Below are positions 10,055 to 20,046 of a stretch of 64,000 bases of DNA, one piece after another; position 1 is the first letter of the stretch; the number at the start of each line of letters is the position of its first letter. Source of the stretch: a phage; the NCBI GenBank assembly GCA_037431425.1, contig GCA_037431425.1_4129.1. One strand, 5' to 3'. Both the position numbers and the translations under genes were made by a program. The notes beneath the pieces are model-generated. The model saw nothing but the letters and a program-made list of their open reading frames with translations. It was not told where the DNA came from and did not search any database.

Positions 10055-10731
10055 AAACGAAATTAAATGAGCAAGGATTACGTCCACAGGTTCTTAAAGA
10101 TTTGATTCATCCTATTATTAGTGTTGATGAATATACTCCTAAAATTGAAGATAGTAATATTGTAATTATGTTTCAGGTTCTGAATAATTTCGATGCTGCA
10201 TATGATTTATCTTCTTTCATCGAAAAATCACCGATTGATGCGATTGACACTGAGGCGGCAGAAACTCCTAATTTGGATGGTCGCTATCAAGTTTATGTGG
10301 AAATGGAACGAAATGCGGAGTTTCCTGAAAAACTTTTACGTTTAATTAAAACTATCGAAAATATTTGTCCTGATCCTGGTTGGAAAATCCAACTATATGG
10401 TGTCAATGATCCAATTGATGTTGATTTCGATGAAATACAACAAAGAATTGACTTAGGTATCCCAAGTTCAATTAGTGAGTTTCTTGACTATGCTGGGGTT
10501 TCTGTGATTAAAGAAGGTAATATGTTGACACTGAAAACTGCATATGGTAAATTGCATTATAGTTCAGGGAGTGGTTTTGTTTCTGAATCATATGTTAAGA
10601 AACTATTAAAAAATGATACACAGTTGGATACATCACGTCTTAGTTCTATATTGGGTGAAAGCTATACAGTACTACGCAGTGGTGATCAATACGTGATTGG
10701 AAGAAATGGGAAATATTTGGTGTTACGATGA
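10051..10731 (+). CDS. hypothetical protein
   Basis: 226 aa; start overlaps upstream stop (ATGA). Confidence 0.55.
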   Translation: MKTKLNEQGLRPQVLKDLIHPIISVDEYTPKIEDSNIVIMFQVLNNFDAAYDLSSFIEKSPIDAIDTEAAETPNLDGRYQVYVEMERNAEFPEKLLRLIKTIENICPDPGWKIQLYGVNDPIDVDFDEIQQRIDLGIPSSISEFLDYAGVSVIKEGNMLTLKTAYGKLHYSSGSGFVSESYVKKLLKNDTQLDTSRLSSILGESYTVLRSGDQYVIGRNGKYLVLR

Positions 10732-11546
10732 GAATTTTAAATATGCTTAAATCTCTTCACGAAACGACGAAATTGGTTCAGGATGAAAAATATCGTCGAA
10801 GTATTACAAAAGATTTAGCATGTCGAATGTATATGCGTAGATTCGAAATTTCTCGAATTGGTAAAAAATGGGATAATATAAATCGTGAAGACATTGACCC
10901 AGATGCTATTTTTAAAGCATACATGGCAAGAAAAGTTTTCATAAATGAAAAAACTTTTTATATAGATAGTGATAGGGTTCTAGAAGATAAATTCACTAAA
11001 GGTTTATGGAATATATGGTGTATTGAAATATTTGGAGAAGTTCTCCCTGAACCACCTGTACCTAAAACGTATAAAGAATTAAAAAATATTTTTGATAATG
11101 AACACATACATTCAAACTTCTCATTATATGACACTGTATCAGAAGCTGTATTTTATGGTGAGTTACATGGTCATAACAAATATTTTGATAGTATGGTTAG
11201 TTTTGATTTGTTTTGTCACTTACCAGGTGTGTCTAGCTGGACCAGTGATCAACACCGAGCTAGTAAGGTTGATAAACGTAAATTCTCTGCTCAAAGATTT
11301 ATGCAAGTTGCAATGAGTATGTATAAACTTGATTATCTTGGTTGTCCAGAACCATATACTCATTTCTGGAAAGAAAAAGCACAAAAATGCTTAAACTATT
11401 GTATAGTTCGTTTGATGGACACATACATTCTTAAGTTTAGGAATGCAACTGTATATGACATGCCAGAACCACCAGAGAATGAAAAGTATCCACCAGTAAA
11501 AACATTTGTATGGTACAGGGATAAAAGTAACAAAAGGATGCACTAA
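10728..11546 (+). CDS. hypothetical protein
   Basis: 272 aa; start overlaps upstream stop. Confidence 0.55.
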   Translation: MRILNMLKSLHETTKLVQDEKYRRSITKDLACRMYMRRFEISRIGKKWDNINREDIDPDAIFKAYMARKVFINEKTFYIDSDRVLEDKFTKGLWNIWCIEIFGEVLPEPPVPKTYKELKNIFDNEHIHSNFSLYDTVSEAVFYGELHGHNKYFDSMVSFDLFCHLPGVSSWTSDQHRASKVDKRKFSAQRFMQVAMSMYKLDYLGCPEPYTHFWKEKAQKCLNYCIVRLMDTYILKFRNATVYDMPEPPENEKYPPVKTFVWYRDKSNKRMH

Positions 11547-11562
11547 TGTGTATCCTTTTTTC
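11535..11562 (+). terminator. intrinsic terminator
   Basis: AGGATGCAC/GTGTATCCT stem followed by TTTTT; stop codon of upstream gene lies in the loop. Confidence 0.65.
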
Positions 11563-11572
11563 GTTTCATGTA

Positions 11573-11601
11573 TTGACATATGGTGTACCAGTATGTATAA
11601 T
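11573..11601 (+). promoter_or_regulatory. sigma70-type promoter (TTGACA-17-TATAAT)
   Basis: exact -35 and -10 hexamers, 17-nt spacer. Confidence 0.7.
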
Positions 11602-11642
11602 ACCCACGTTATTTAAATTTTAATTGATTACGAGGTTTTATA

Positions 11643-12770
11643 ATGAAAGGTAAATATTTTTTTGTTGAAAATGGGAAAGAAGTCGAAATTCAAGAATTCA
11701 ACTATAATTATGTACTGAACTCTTTATTAAAACAATATGACCGTTCATCAAACAAAAAATACATTTACAATGTGATTGTACGCCGTACTTATGATTCGTT
11801 GGGTAATCCATCATTTGATGTGAAATCATTGTCATTGGATGAAATCTATTTTGATAATAGACGCTTAAATGTATTTGATTTAATGAAAGATAAAATTCAT
11901 TTTAGTAATGTTAGAATTGACCCAAACATGCCAGTACCGCCATTGGAGCGTGAGTATCGTGAATGGAAAGAAGGTCGTGCAAAACCGCGTCTGGATTTGG
12001 TAAAAACATCACCCGACGTTCCTGCACCTATTGTTCTTAAGAAAAAACCAATCAACCCAGACGATACCCGAATTAAGGATATTGAATGTGTTGTTGAATT
12101 CCCAGACACTATTGAAAAGAACCCAGTCAAAGTGTTAGATTGGTTTATCAACTTACCAGTTTGTGCACAAGAAATTGGAACTAAGATTCAACAAGTTTCA
12201 GAACGACAACTGGAACTCAGTTCTGCATTACAACAGCATAGTGATTATATCAGAATGCTCATGGATAACTTAACAGTAGCTTTGGAAACCTTGTTCCCAC
12301 TGAAACCGACATTCACCCAGAAATTATTTGGTAAAACAGATATCAAAGTACAACCATCTGATTTACCAAAAGTGATGAAAAAACTCAATGAAGCAGTAAA
12401 GTATGATACCAACAAGTTTAGTGGTTTAAATTCTATGTTTTCTGAAATCAGAAAAGAAGTTAATGAAATCAAAAATGAACTTGAATATGGTAAGTTAGGC
12501 TGTGAATACGCACTATGCAGTGTGGATGATGCATTTGAATATGAATTAACATTAGAACGTATTATGAAAATGAGCATTACCACGTCTATGACAGAAACAA
12601 GTATTATTGCTACAAACAAACAATATCAAGTTGATATGAATCGTATGATTGACATTCAAACTATCACTATTCCTTTGATTATCAATCGTTTACAGTCACA
12701 GGCAGGTAAGGCGGTAGATACAAGTACTGTTGAGATTATTCGCAACCTTGCATATGGCAACAAAGAATAA
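11643..12770 (+). CDS. hypothetical protein
   Basis: 375 aa ORF with RBS. Confidence 0.6.
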   Translation: MKGKYFFVENGKEVEIQEFNYNYVLNSLLKQYDRSSNKKYIYNVIVRRTYDSLGNPSFDVKSLSLDEIYFDNRRLNVFDLMKDKIHFSNVRIDPNMPVPPLEREYREWKEGRAKPRLDLVKTSPDVPAPIVLKKKPINPDDTRIKDIECVVEFPDTIEKNPVKVLDWFINLPVCAQEIGTKIQQVSERQLELSSALQQHSDYIRMLMDNLTVALETLFPLKPTFTQKLFGKTDIKVQPSDLPKVMKKLNEAVKYDTNKFSGLNSMFSEIRKEVNEIKNELEYGKLGCEYALCSVDDAFEYELTLERIMKMSITTSMTETSIIATNKQYQVDMNRMIDIQTITIPLIINRLQSQAGKAVDTSTVEIIRNLAYGNKE

Positions 12771-12777
12771 AAAACAC

Positions 12778-12806
12778 TTGACTTGGATATGTGTTGAACG
12801 TATAAT
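12778..12806 (+). promoter_or_regulatory. sigma70-type promoter (TTGACT-17-TATAAT)
   Basis: near-consensus hexamers, 17-nt spacer. Confidence 0.7.
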
Positions 12807-12854
12807 GTTTATAACTGAGCAGCACATCATATTAACTTAAACGAGGAAATCTCA

Positions 12855-13991
12855 ATGGCAGAGAAAGAAATCAATCCAAAAAAATCGTCAACAGTTACTA
12901 AAAACACAAAACGTTCTTCCAAAACTGCGGCGAAGGGTCACACAATTGATGCAAGTGATATTTTCAACCAAACAACAAAGTCACTCCCAGTACTAAAAGA
13001 TGTAAAGGGTAATACCATGTCACTAACAGTTCAAAACATCAACACTGTTGGTACAACTGCTGGTGCGGCGGTTGGTCGTTTGGCTGATGAAATTATGTCT
13101 AAGGTTAACGTAACCGATGACAATACCGAGTTTGGTAAATCAATCACTACAATTCTCACATTGACCCGTGCGGTTGATATTGATAGTCTTCAGGAAGATA
13201 AATCAATTGTTGGTCGCATTAAGAAATTCTTTGTTAATGCCCAACAGAAAGTCGGCGATCAATACAAAAATAGTAAAGAACAAATTGATGAAATTATGAA
13301 AACTCTACAAACTGGCATCAATCGTCAACATGGAGAGTGTGAGTGGCTTGATAAAGCATATAATGAAAACAAAGAATATTTGTTCGAATTACGTGATACA
13401 TTAGTTGGTTTAGAAGAAGTAACTAAAGCACAAGATGCAGTACTGGCAGAAATGCAAGCAAACAAAGACGTGGACTCTTTTGCTATTCAAGAGCAAAAGA
13501 TGATTTGTGAAGCACTTTCTAAGCAAGAAGACAAGATTCGCCGACTTATCATGATGTGTGAACTGAGTGGTCCACGATTGATGAGTATGAAAAAAGTAAA
13601 CTTAAACACTGTTTCTAAGTTTGAAGATTTGAAATCAGTAGTAATTCCTGCATGGAAATCGCAATTGGCTGAACAGCTAATCTCTGAGCGTCAACGTAAG
13701 GATAATGAATTGGGAAATCTAATTGACAATGAAACAAATCGTTTATTAGAGACTAACTCTAAGATGGTTGCAGCTAATATGCTGGATGCTGCAAAGGCAA
13801 ACAATCGTGGTATTGTGGATATTAAAACCTTGCGTAATGTACATAAAACAATGATTGACAGCATCGAAGCTGTTATTGAAGAAGAGAAAAAAGGTAAAAT
13901 GGAACGTGAACGTGCGAAACAAGAAATTGCACAACTTTCACACGAACTCGAAGACACACTTCGTGAAATTGCAGAAAAAGCTAACAAGTAA
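12855..13991 (+). CDS. hypothetical coiled-coil protein
   Basis: 378 aa, long charged helical segments; GAGGAAA RBS; function not recognised. Confidence 0.6.
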   Translation: MAEKEINPKKSSTVTKNTKRSSKTAAKGHTIDASDIFNQTTKSLPVLKDVKGNTMSLTVQNINTVGTTAGAAVGRLADEIMSKVNVTDDNTEFGKSITTILTLTRAVDIDSLQEDKSIVGRIKKFFVNAQQKVGDQYKNSKEQIDEIMKTLQTGINRQHGECEWLDKAYNENKEYLFELRDTLVGLEEVTKAQDAVLAEMQANKDVDSFAIQEQKMICEALSKQEDKIRRLIMMCELSGPRLMSMKKVNLNTVSKFEDLKSVVIPAWKSQLAEQLISERQRKDNELGNLIDNETNRLLETNSKMVAANMLDAAKANNRGIVDIKTLRNVHKTMIDSIEAVIEEEKKGKMERERAKQEIAQLSHELEDTLREIAEKANK

Positions 13992-13994
13992 TAG

Positions 13995-14023
13995 TTGACA
14001 CATGGGTGCGTTTTCGATATAAT
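13995..14023 (+). promoter_or_regulatory. sigma70-type promoter (TTGACA-17-TATAAT) nested in terminator hairpin
   Basis: consensus hexamers; -10 lies in loop of hairpin 14006-14049. Confidence 0.55.
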
Positions 14024-14049
14024 ATTATTATTGAAAACGCACTCTTTTT
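14006..14049 (+). terminator. hairpin terminator with large loop
   Basis: GTGCGTTTTC...GAAAACGCAC stem followed by TCTTTTT. Confidence 0.5.
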
Positions 14050-14073
14050 AATATACAGATAAGGAACCAATAC

Positions 14074-14763
14074 ATGAAGCGTAGACATATTAGTGTTGAT
14101 ATTGAGTCTCTTGGCACTCCTGAAAATTCAGGATATGATATTATTATTCCAAATTACGCAGCAGTTGTTGTTCCAAATAAACCTGAAAATGATATCAGGA
14201 ATTTTATATATGTTAAGTTGCCATACCAAGCACAAGTTAACGCTGGCCTGAAATCAGATTCAGGTGCAATGGATTTCTGGATGAATACTTGTCAGAAAGA
14301 ATATCCTAATGCATATGCAGAAGTTGCCAGTACTATGACTCTTCGTGCACCAGAATTGTACGGACCTAATGGTAAATCCAAACAAATCTTTACATCTAAT
14401 AGTATTGTCGATTTCTGGAAAGATATCCGTTATGATATCTATGGTAAAGAAGTTGAACATTCAATTTGGGGAAATGGTTGCAATTTCGACTGTAGTATTT
14501 TACAAGCTAATCACTTAAAACTATTGAATGTTGGTGATTTGTGGAAATATGATGCACCAGAAAATGCACGAACATTAAAACGTTTATTGAATGAAGATGC
14601 TCGTGCTGAAATGGATGAGATTGTGTCAGTGCAGTTAGCTAAATTCGTGAAGTATGCAGAACAATGTGGTATTAATGGTTTGGAATTACATCACCCTCTG
14701 TATGATGCAGCACGTGAAGCTATCCAAATCTCCTACTGTCTCAATAAACTTAAACTGGACTAA
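14074..14763 (+). CDS. dexA: DEDDh 3'-5' exonuclease (T4 DexA-like)
   Basis: 229 aa; Exo I motif VDIESLG, Exo II-like WGNGCNFDCSIL, Exo III H-x4-D (HHPLYDA); same order as recalled T4 DexA (227 aa). Confidence 0.75.
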   Translation: MKRRHISVDIESLGTPENSGYDIIIPNYAAVVVPNKPENDIRNFIYVKLPYQAQVNAGLKSDSGAMDFWMNTCQKEYPNAYAEVASTMTLRAPELYGPNGKSKQIFTSNSIVDFWKDIRYDIYGKEVEHSIWGNGCNFDCSILQANHLKLLNVGDLWKYDAPENARTLKRLLNEDARAEMDEIVSVQLAKFVKYAEQCGINGLELHHPLYDAAREAIQISYCLNKLKLD

Positions 14764-14766
14764 TAC

Positions 14767-15861
14767 ATGAATTTTATTATTCTGTTGATTCCTTCACTTA
14801 TCGTTGTATTTGTTATGAAATACATGTATGATAAGCATATCAGTACTAAAGAACTGTTGATTCATATTGGTTGTTGTATAGTTGGGGCTGCTCTTGTGCT
14901 TGGTATCTCATATGCAATCAACTACAGCCAATTGTACGATGTAGAGATTCTAAATGGGCAGGTAACATCCAAATATAATCACAAGGAGTTTTGTACACAA
15001 TCAAGCTCATGTAAGCATTACACGTGGCACGAGAAATGCAGAACTCGTTATGATAGTAAGGGGAAATCCCATCGTGAATGTGAGTCCTATAAGGTATTTG
15101 ATTATTCATACGAAGTTGACTGGTATGTAAAAAGTACTGTAGGGAAGTTTGAGATTGAGCGAGTAAACCGTCAGGGTACAATGACCCCTCCACGCTGGCA
15201 ACAGGTTAACATTGGGGATTATGTTGCCGCAGAAAGTTCTTATATTAACTATCTGTTCGCTGATAAAAACTCATTGTTTAGTCCTGATGAATTACATGAA
15301 ATGTATGATGAGAAATATCTTAGTTCTTTACCAGAATATCCAAGTATTAATGATTATTACATAACACATCATGTTATTAACAAAACAAATTATAATGTAT
15401 ATGGATATGAAGAATATTTACGTAACGTTTTGAAAACTATGGGTTCACGTAAAGAAGTCAATATCTTAGTTATTGTATACAATTATAAAGATAGTGATTT
15501 TGTTGATGCTACCTTAGCAAAGTGGCGTGGTGGTAAGAAGAATGATGTTATTATGTTCTTTGGTATTGATGGTGATGGTAATATTATTAAATTTAACAGT
15601 ACATCATTTGCCCAGGGAATGAAAAATGAAGGATTACATGCAAAGATGCGTATGGACGCATTAAATGAAAAATTAACGATTGACTTACTAGCAATAGAAG
15701 TGCATAATATTGATACACAGTTCGTGAGACTCTCTAATAAAGAGTTTGAGTACTTGTCTATTAAAATGGAACCACGAAAAGATGTTCTCATCGGTGCTTC
15801 TATTTTATTACTAATTATTTCTATTTTTATTGGCCTTTATATGAGGGATAACGAATTATGA
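14767..15861 (+). CDS. membrane protein (N- and C-terminal TM helices, Cys-rich central domain)
   Basis: 364 aa; hydrophobic segments at both ends; translationally coupled to downstream LemA-like gene. Confidence 0.6.
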   Translation: MNFIILLIPSLIVVFVMKYMYDKHISTKELLIHIGCCIVGAALVLGISYAINYSQLYDVEILNGQVTSKYNHKEFCTQSSSCKHYTWHEKCRTRYDSKGKSHRECESYKVFDYSYEVDWYVKSTVGKFEIERVNRQGTMTPPRWQQVNIGDYVAAESSYINYLFADKNSLFSPDELHEMYDEKYLSSLPEYPSINDYYITHHVINKTNYNVYGYEEYLRNVLKTMGSRKEVNILVIVYNYKDSDFVDATLAKWRGGKKNDVIMFFGIDGDGNIIKFNSTSFAQGMKNEGLHAKMRMDALNEKLTIDLLAIEVHNIDTQFVRLSNKEFEYLSIKMEPRKDVLIGASILLLIISIFIGLYMRDNEL

Positions 15862-16412
15862 ATGGTAAAGTTTTTGCATTAATTGGTGTTATTGTTGTAT
15901 TTGGTCTTATGGTAATTGGTTCCATTAGCATGTATGTAGGAACATATGATCGTGCGGTGGAATTTGAAGGTAATATTCAAAAGTATTATGATGCTTCAGA
16001 AAGTCAATTAAGTACTTATACCCTTACAATCCAAGAAAAGGTTCAAGTATCAGATAAGTATAAAGATGCATTGAAAGAAACAATTGAATCGTATTTCAAA
16101 GGACGTGAAGGTGTTGACCAGAAATTTGTAATGTCACAGATTCAACAGCAGGTTCCAAATCTTGATCCTAAAATTTACCAGGAGCTTATGGTAACAATTG
16201 AATCAGGACGTACAAAGTTCAACAATCTTCAAAAAATGAAAATCGACCAATGTACCGAATATTCCAAATTCCGCAAAGGATTCTGGAATTCCAAAATTCT
16301 TGATGTTAACACGTTTCCAAGTGAAAATATTGCACATCTTTGCACGGTAGTATCAGATACCCGCACAAAGAAAGCAATGGATACTGGTATTCAAGAAGTA
16401 ATTAAACTATAA
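15858..16412 (+). CDS. LemA-like membrane protein (tentative)
   Basis: 184 aa; single N-terminal TM then architecture resembling recalled LemA family (Y-x-x-x-V after TM; C-terminal ...Y..F.....FP.EN). Confidence 0.45.
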   Translation: MNGKVFALIGVIVVFGLMVIGSISMYVGTYDRAVEFEGNIQKYYDASESQLSTYTLTIQEKVQVSDKYKDALKETIESYFKGREGVDQKFVMSQIQQQVPNLDPKIYQELMVTIESGRTKFNNLQKMKIDQCTEYSKFRKGFWNSKILDVNTFPSENIAHLCTVVSDTRTKKAMDTGIQEVIKL

Positions 16413-16421
16413 TCTAAATCT

Positions 16422-16447
16422 GGGAGTACAAAATGTACTCCCATTTT
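16422..16447 (+). terminator. intrinsic terminator
   Basis: GGGAGTACA-aaa-TGTACTCCC followed by ATTTT. Confidence 0.7.
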
Positions 16448-16461
16448 CTATAGGGTTTATT

Positions 16462-17034
16462 ATGTTTTTAAAAAATACTTATGAATTAATTAAAATGCTT
16501 CAAAATATGAATTCTGGTGGTCTATTTCCTTATCATTCCGAGGATAAAACACATCGTTTAGTTTTGAAATTGGATGAAACTGGACGTATTGCATCACTAA
16601 GAACGGTTATTCCCAATATGGAGCAAGTAATCACACAATCAACTCCGAAGTCAGGCACTGCTGTTAATACACCACAAACATATAATCCACAGATATATAC
16701 TATTAGTTCTCCACCTATTACACGAGTTGCCTGTATTGTGAATATAAAAGTATCTAAGGACTATCGTGACTTAATATCAGTTGAATGGTCAGAAATAACA
16801 TCATCATTGGGAGCAAATGGGTTTGTAGTAACAAATACAGGTCTAGTACAAAATGTGAAAGAAGGACAGCAGATCATGAGTGCATTGTATATTAGTAATG
16901 GTTGTGTTATCATCAATGGCAAGTTGTATAGAGATACTGAACCTGATGCATTCACTGAAGATTTGGTTGGTGAAAAAGAATACAGCATTCTGGAAATTAT
17001 GAATTTGAAAAAGGTATATGAAAACGGTGTTTAG
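16462..17034 (+). CDS. hypothetical protein
   Basis: 190 aa ORF. Confidence 0.5.
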   Translation: MFLKNTYELIKMLQNMNSGGLFPYHSEDKTHRLVLKLDETGRIASLRTVIPNMEQVITQSTPKSGTAVNTPQTYNPQIYTISSPPITRVACIVNIKVSKDYRDLISVEWSEITSSLGANGFVVTNTGLVQNVKEGQQIMSALYISNGCVIINGKLYRDTEPDAFTEDLVGEKEYSILEIMNLKKVYENGV

Positions 17035-17599
17035 ATTTCATCAAGATGATTTACCATTTATCCAAGAGCTTGAGGAACTGGTAATAAGTACTATGGATGA
17101 AATTAGTACTTGGGATATAACCGTTTTTCGAAATGTATATGATAAAGTGGTGAATTTTAAAAATGTTAATATTGAAGTAAAGCATAATAATTTTTACTTA
17201 ACAAAACAATTCATTCTAACTCGTCCAGGACACAAACCTGTTAAGCGTAATTTGTCATTCGGACACATCATTGGTACTGAAAAGGTATATGATGAATGGG
17301 TTGATTCAATCTATTCGTATACAAAAGAACTTATTCCAGATATTGAGAAAAGATATTATCTAAGTATCACATTAGATGAAAACGGAAATCTTAATGCGTA
17401 TTCAATAAATTCTTCATCAAATGTTCCATTACATTCGGTGACGATTGGTGATAAAAAATTGCTAATAAATTCTGAAACATGGTATAATAGAGAAAATTTC
17501 GCAGCAGAAACATTTCAGTACTCTGTATCAGAACCAAAGACACCTTTTGACTTGGTTTTTGTTAACAATATTATTATACGTTATGGTGTAGGAGTGTAA
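17018..17599 (+). CDS. hypothetical protein
   Basis: 193 aa ORF. Confidence 0.5.
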   Translation: MKTVFRFHQDDLPFIQELEELVISTMDEISTWDITVFRNVYDKVVNFKNVNIEVKHNNFYLTKQFILTRPGHKPVKRNLSFGHIIGTEKVYDEWVDSIYSYTKELIPDIEKRYYLSITLDENGNLNAYSINSSSNVPLHSVTIGDKKLLINSETWYNRENFAAETFQYSVSEPKTPFDLVFVNNIIIRYGVGV

Positions 17600-17601
17600 T
17601 T

Positions 17602-17952
17602 ATGCTAATATATTTAAGTGTACTTGTTGTTTCGTTACTGTTATCACTGGTTATTTTAAAAATTATTGCTATTGTTCGAAGTAAGATTGATTGTTCTGAA
17701 ACTGGTTCAGTTATTGACTTGGTTCTTGATTATCCAAAGCGTTGTGGTGTTATTGTATTAATTGTTCTCCTTATGAATACATACATCGTCAGAGAACATT
17801 TATATAATATGTATGATTGTAGTGTTCGTTCATTTTCACAAGGTGTGGACACTGACTATAGTTGGTATTATAAGAAATGTCGATTTAAAAACCAACACGG
17901 TATTTGGGTTGATTTTGATAAATTACGTGGAACCCCTACTGGAGAAGAATAA
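17602..17952 (+). CDS. small membrane protein
   Basis: 116 aa; two hydrophobic helices. Confidence 0.5.
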   Translation: MLIYLSVLVVSLLLSLVILKIIAIVRSKIDCSETGSVIDLVLDYPKRCGVIVLIVLLMNTYIVREHLYNMYDCSVRSFSQGVDTDYSWYYKKCRFKNQHGIWVDFDKLRGTPTGEE

Positions 17953-17954
17953 TT

Positions 17955-18446
17955 ATGTTTGTCTTCCCTGAAGAGCCATTTAATTTCATTGATCCTACGG
18001 ATGATGGGTATAGACATATTAACATTTATAGTAAAGCCAGAACTAAGCTAGGTAGAGATCTATCTAATTTTTCGTCATATAGCTTCACACTGGAACCATA
18101 TGGGTGGTTTCCATCAGTTGAAACGTTTTACTTTTGGTTTTTAACTGGTCAAAAACACGACGACCTTAGAAAAGTATCTGGTGCAACAGCAAAGGCTGCT
18201 GCTAACAAATATATGCATGATAGAATTATAATGACTGATGATTGTATCTCTATTATTCAAGATGCAATATGTGCTAAGATAATTCAAAACCCAGAGTTAT
18301 CTGAAAGATTAAGAAAAAGCAAATTACCATTCTACCATTACTATGTTTATGGTGGGAAGGTTGTTGATGTATCTGATGAGCATGACTGGTTTGTTAAAAC
18401 ATTCGAAGATATAAGAATTGTTTTAAAGGAGAATCACAATGACTAA
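17955..18446 (+). CDS. hypothetical protein; weak NADAR/YbiA-like resemblance (tentative)
   Basis: 163 aa; LSNFSSYSF...ETFYFWFLTGQK and ...IIQNPELSERL resemble recalled NADAR pattern; unverified. Confidence 0.5.
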   Translation: MFVFPEEPFNFIDPTDDGYRHINIYSKARTKLGRDLSNFSSYSFTLEPYGWFPSVETFYFWFLTGQKHDDLRKVSGATAKAAANKYMHDRIIMTDDCISIIQDAICAKIIQNPELSERLRKSKLPFYHYYVYGGKVVDVSDEHDWFVKTFEDIRIVLKENHND

Positions 18447-18717
18447 ATGTTGGGTATGTTGTAAGCATTTCGATGAAGAATATGATATTTCTTTGGATGT
18501 ATTCCATCAGCAATACATGATATCTTCGGGAAAATATAAACTAGATACCTTCCCAACTCCTAAGTATATGGGGATTTGTCCATTGTGTAATGGGAATGGT
18601 GTATTAGATATTGTTATTGAATTCACAAACACACAAACTACTGATTGTGTTGCTGCGTATATAAGAGATAATCTTGATTTTTTCACTAGGAGATTATATG
18701 AACGAGAAAATATTTAA
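18439..18717 (+). CDS. Cys-rich small protein (putative zinc-binding)
   Basis: 92 aa; CWVCC ... CPLC. Confidence 0.5.
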   Translation: MTKCWVCCKHFDEEYDISLDVFHQQYMISSGKYKLDTFPTPKYMGICPLCNGNGVLDIVIEFTNTQTTDCVAAYIRDNLDFFTRRLYERENI

Positions 18718-18934
18718 TTCATATAATATGGAAGATTTACTAATACCATCCGAGAACAGTACTGTTAAGATGCAAATGTATTGGTTAGTAAAAGATGGTA
18801 AAGTATTTCAACACAAAGTTACAAAAGTATGGCAATGTAACAAAAACAAGTCAATAGTTGATGCACTAGCAACTGCATTTCCTGGTGTGGAGGTTGTATT
18901 TTTACCAGTTGCTTATATTAAGGAAATAAAATGA
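18698..18934 (+). CDS. hypothetical protein
   Basis: ATG 18698 after AGGAG RBS; track ORF 18674. Confidence 0.45.
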   Translation: MNEKIFNSYNMEDLLIPSENSTVKMQMYWLVKDGKVFQHKVTKVWQCNKNKSIVDALATAFPGVEVVFLPVAYIKEIK

Positions 18935-19098
18935 GAAAAGCATGGACAATATTCGTAATACCTATTATAATGTTGTTATTGGTAATCACGGTTCCACAAG
19001 TATACGTTGTTGCTTTGAATGTGGTGGAAATTATTCTTCTTGCAATTCACTGCCTTGTGTGTTATTACTACGTAAAATGGGATGATAAAAAAATATGA
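18931..19098 (+). CDS. small membrane protein (55 aa)
   Basis: not in ORF track (<60 aa); RBS AAGGAAA; overlapping stop/start with both neighbours. Confidence 0.45.
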   Translation: MRKAWTIFVIPIIMLLLVITVPQVYVVALNVVEIILLAIHCLVCYYYVKWDDKKI

Positions 19099-19517
19099 AG
19101 TACTATCGAATTCGAGTTGGAGTAAGCTCTGGTTTTAGTAATTGGGTATATTATGATTTACCTGATAGCTATACCGTAGAAGATGTAATTAACTTATATT
19201 ATGAAGAAGAGACATGGGTACTCAGTACTGAAACACATAGTGTAGTGTGTGAAGAACTATGTGCAGAAGATTACAAGCACTCTGTCCAAGCAATGAAGTA
19301 TTACAGTAACGATGTGAAGATGTTATCTGAAAACATTTTTCCGGTAAAAGAATGGGCAATTTTACTTGCAAATCCTAACAAACCTGTTAGAATTGGTTAT
19401 CCAAACAATCATATGGTTTATCGAATGAATAATAAACGTGAGCTAAGTTATCAGTATGAATACAGTGCTTCTAAGTTTGGAGTTCTACCACAATTTAAAA
19501 AGGCTTATCCAGTATGA
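19095..19517 (+). CDS. hypothetical protein
   Basis: 140 aa ORF. Confidence 0.55.
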   Translation: MKYYRIRVGVSSGFSNWVYYDLPDSYTVEDVINLYYEEETWVLSTETHSVVCEELCAEDYKHSVQAMKYYSNDVKMLSENIFPVKEWAILLANPNKPVRIGYPNNHMVYRMNNKRELSYQYEYSASKFGVLPQFKKAYPV

Positions 19518-19849
19518 ACAATGACAACAAAGAATTTATAGTACGTTGTAGTTGTGGCGATAATACTGAACATTGTGTTCACATTGCACAATTTGACTTG
19601 ACTCAAGAAGATGGAGATGGTAAACTTGGTCAATGTTTGGTGAGTATGCGTTTGAATCCTTTCTTAAAATGGCACAAACGTGTATTGGTTGGATTGAAGT
19701 ATATTTTTGGTGTAAACGATTTTCAATATAAAGAAGCAATGATTGATGTTGACATTCTGAAAGAAGTTGTGTTACAATTAGAAGACACCCGACCCGATGA
19801 GGTAAAGAAAGAAGAAAGAGATAAACGTAGTGATGTGAAGGTTTTATGA
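19514..19849 (+). CDS. hypothetical protein
   Basis: 111 aa; overlapping start/stop. Confidence 0.5.
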   Translation: MNNDNKEFIVRCSCGDNTEHCVHIAQFDLTQEDGDGKLGQCLVSMRLNPFLKWHKRVLVGLKYIFGVNDFQYKEAMIDVDILKEVVLQLEDTRPDEVKKEERDKRSDVKVL

Positions 19850-20040
19850 GTACTGAACTTTATGAAAAAAAGTACTGTACAAATTGCTCAACTGAGTATA
19901 CAATACAAGGTATGTTAATTTGCACAGTATGTAAGTCAAAAGAATCAGCTACATTCATAGTTGATGATAGATTTAGTGATTTAAAACAGTTAAAAGCAAA
20001 CCGCAATCTTCGTATTTTTAGCAATCTAAATAAGGAATAA
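19846..20040 (+). CDS. small zinc-ribbon protein
   Basis: 64 aa; CTNC...CTVC. Confidence 0.5.
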   Translation: MSTELYEKKYCTNCSTEYTIQGMLICTVCKSKESATFIVDDRFSDLKQLKANRNLRIFSNLNKE

Positions 20041-20046
20041 CATTTT

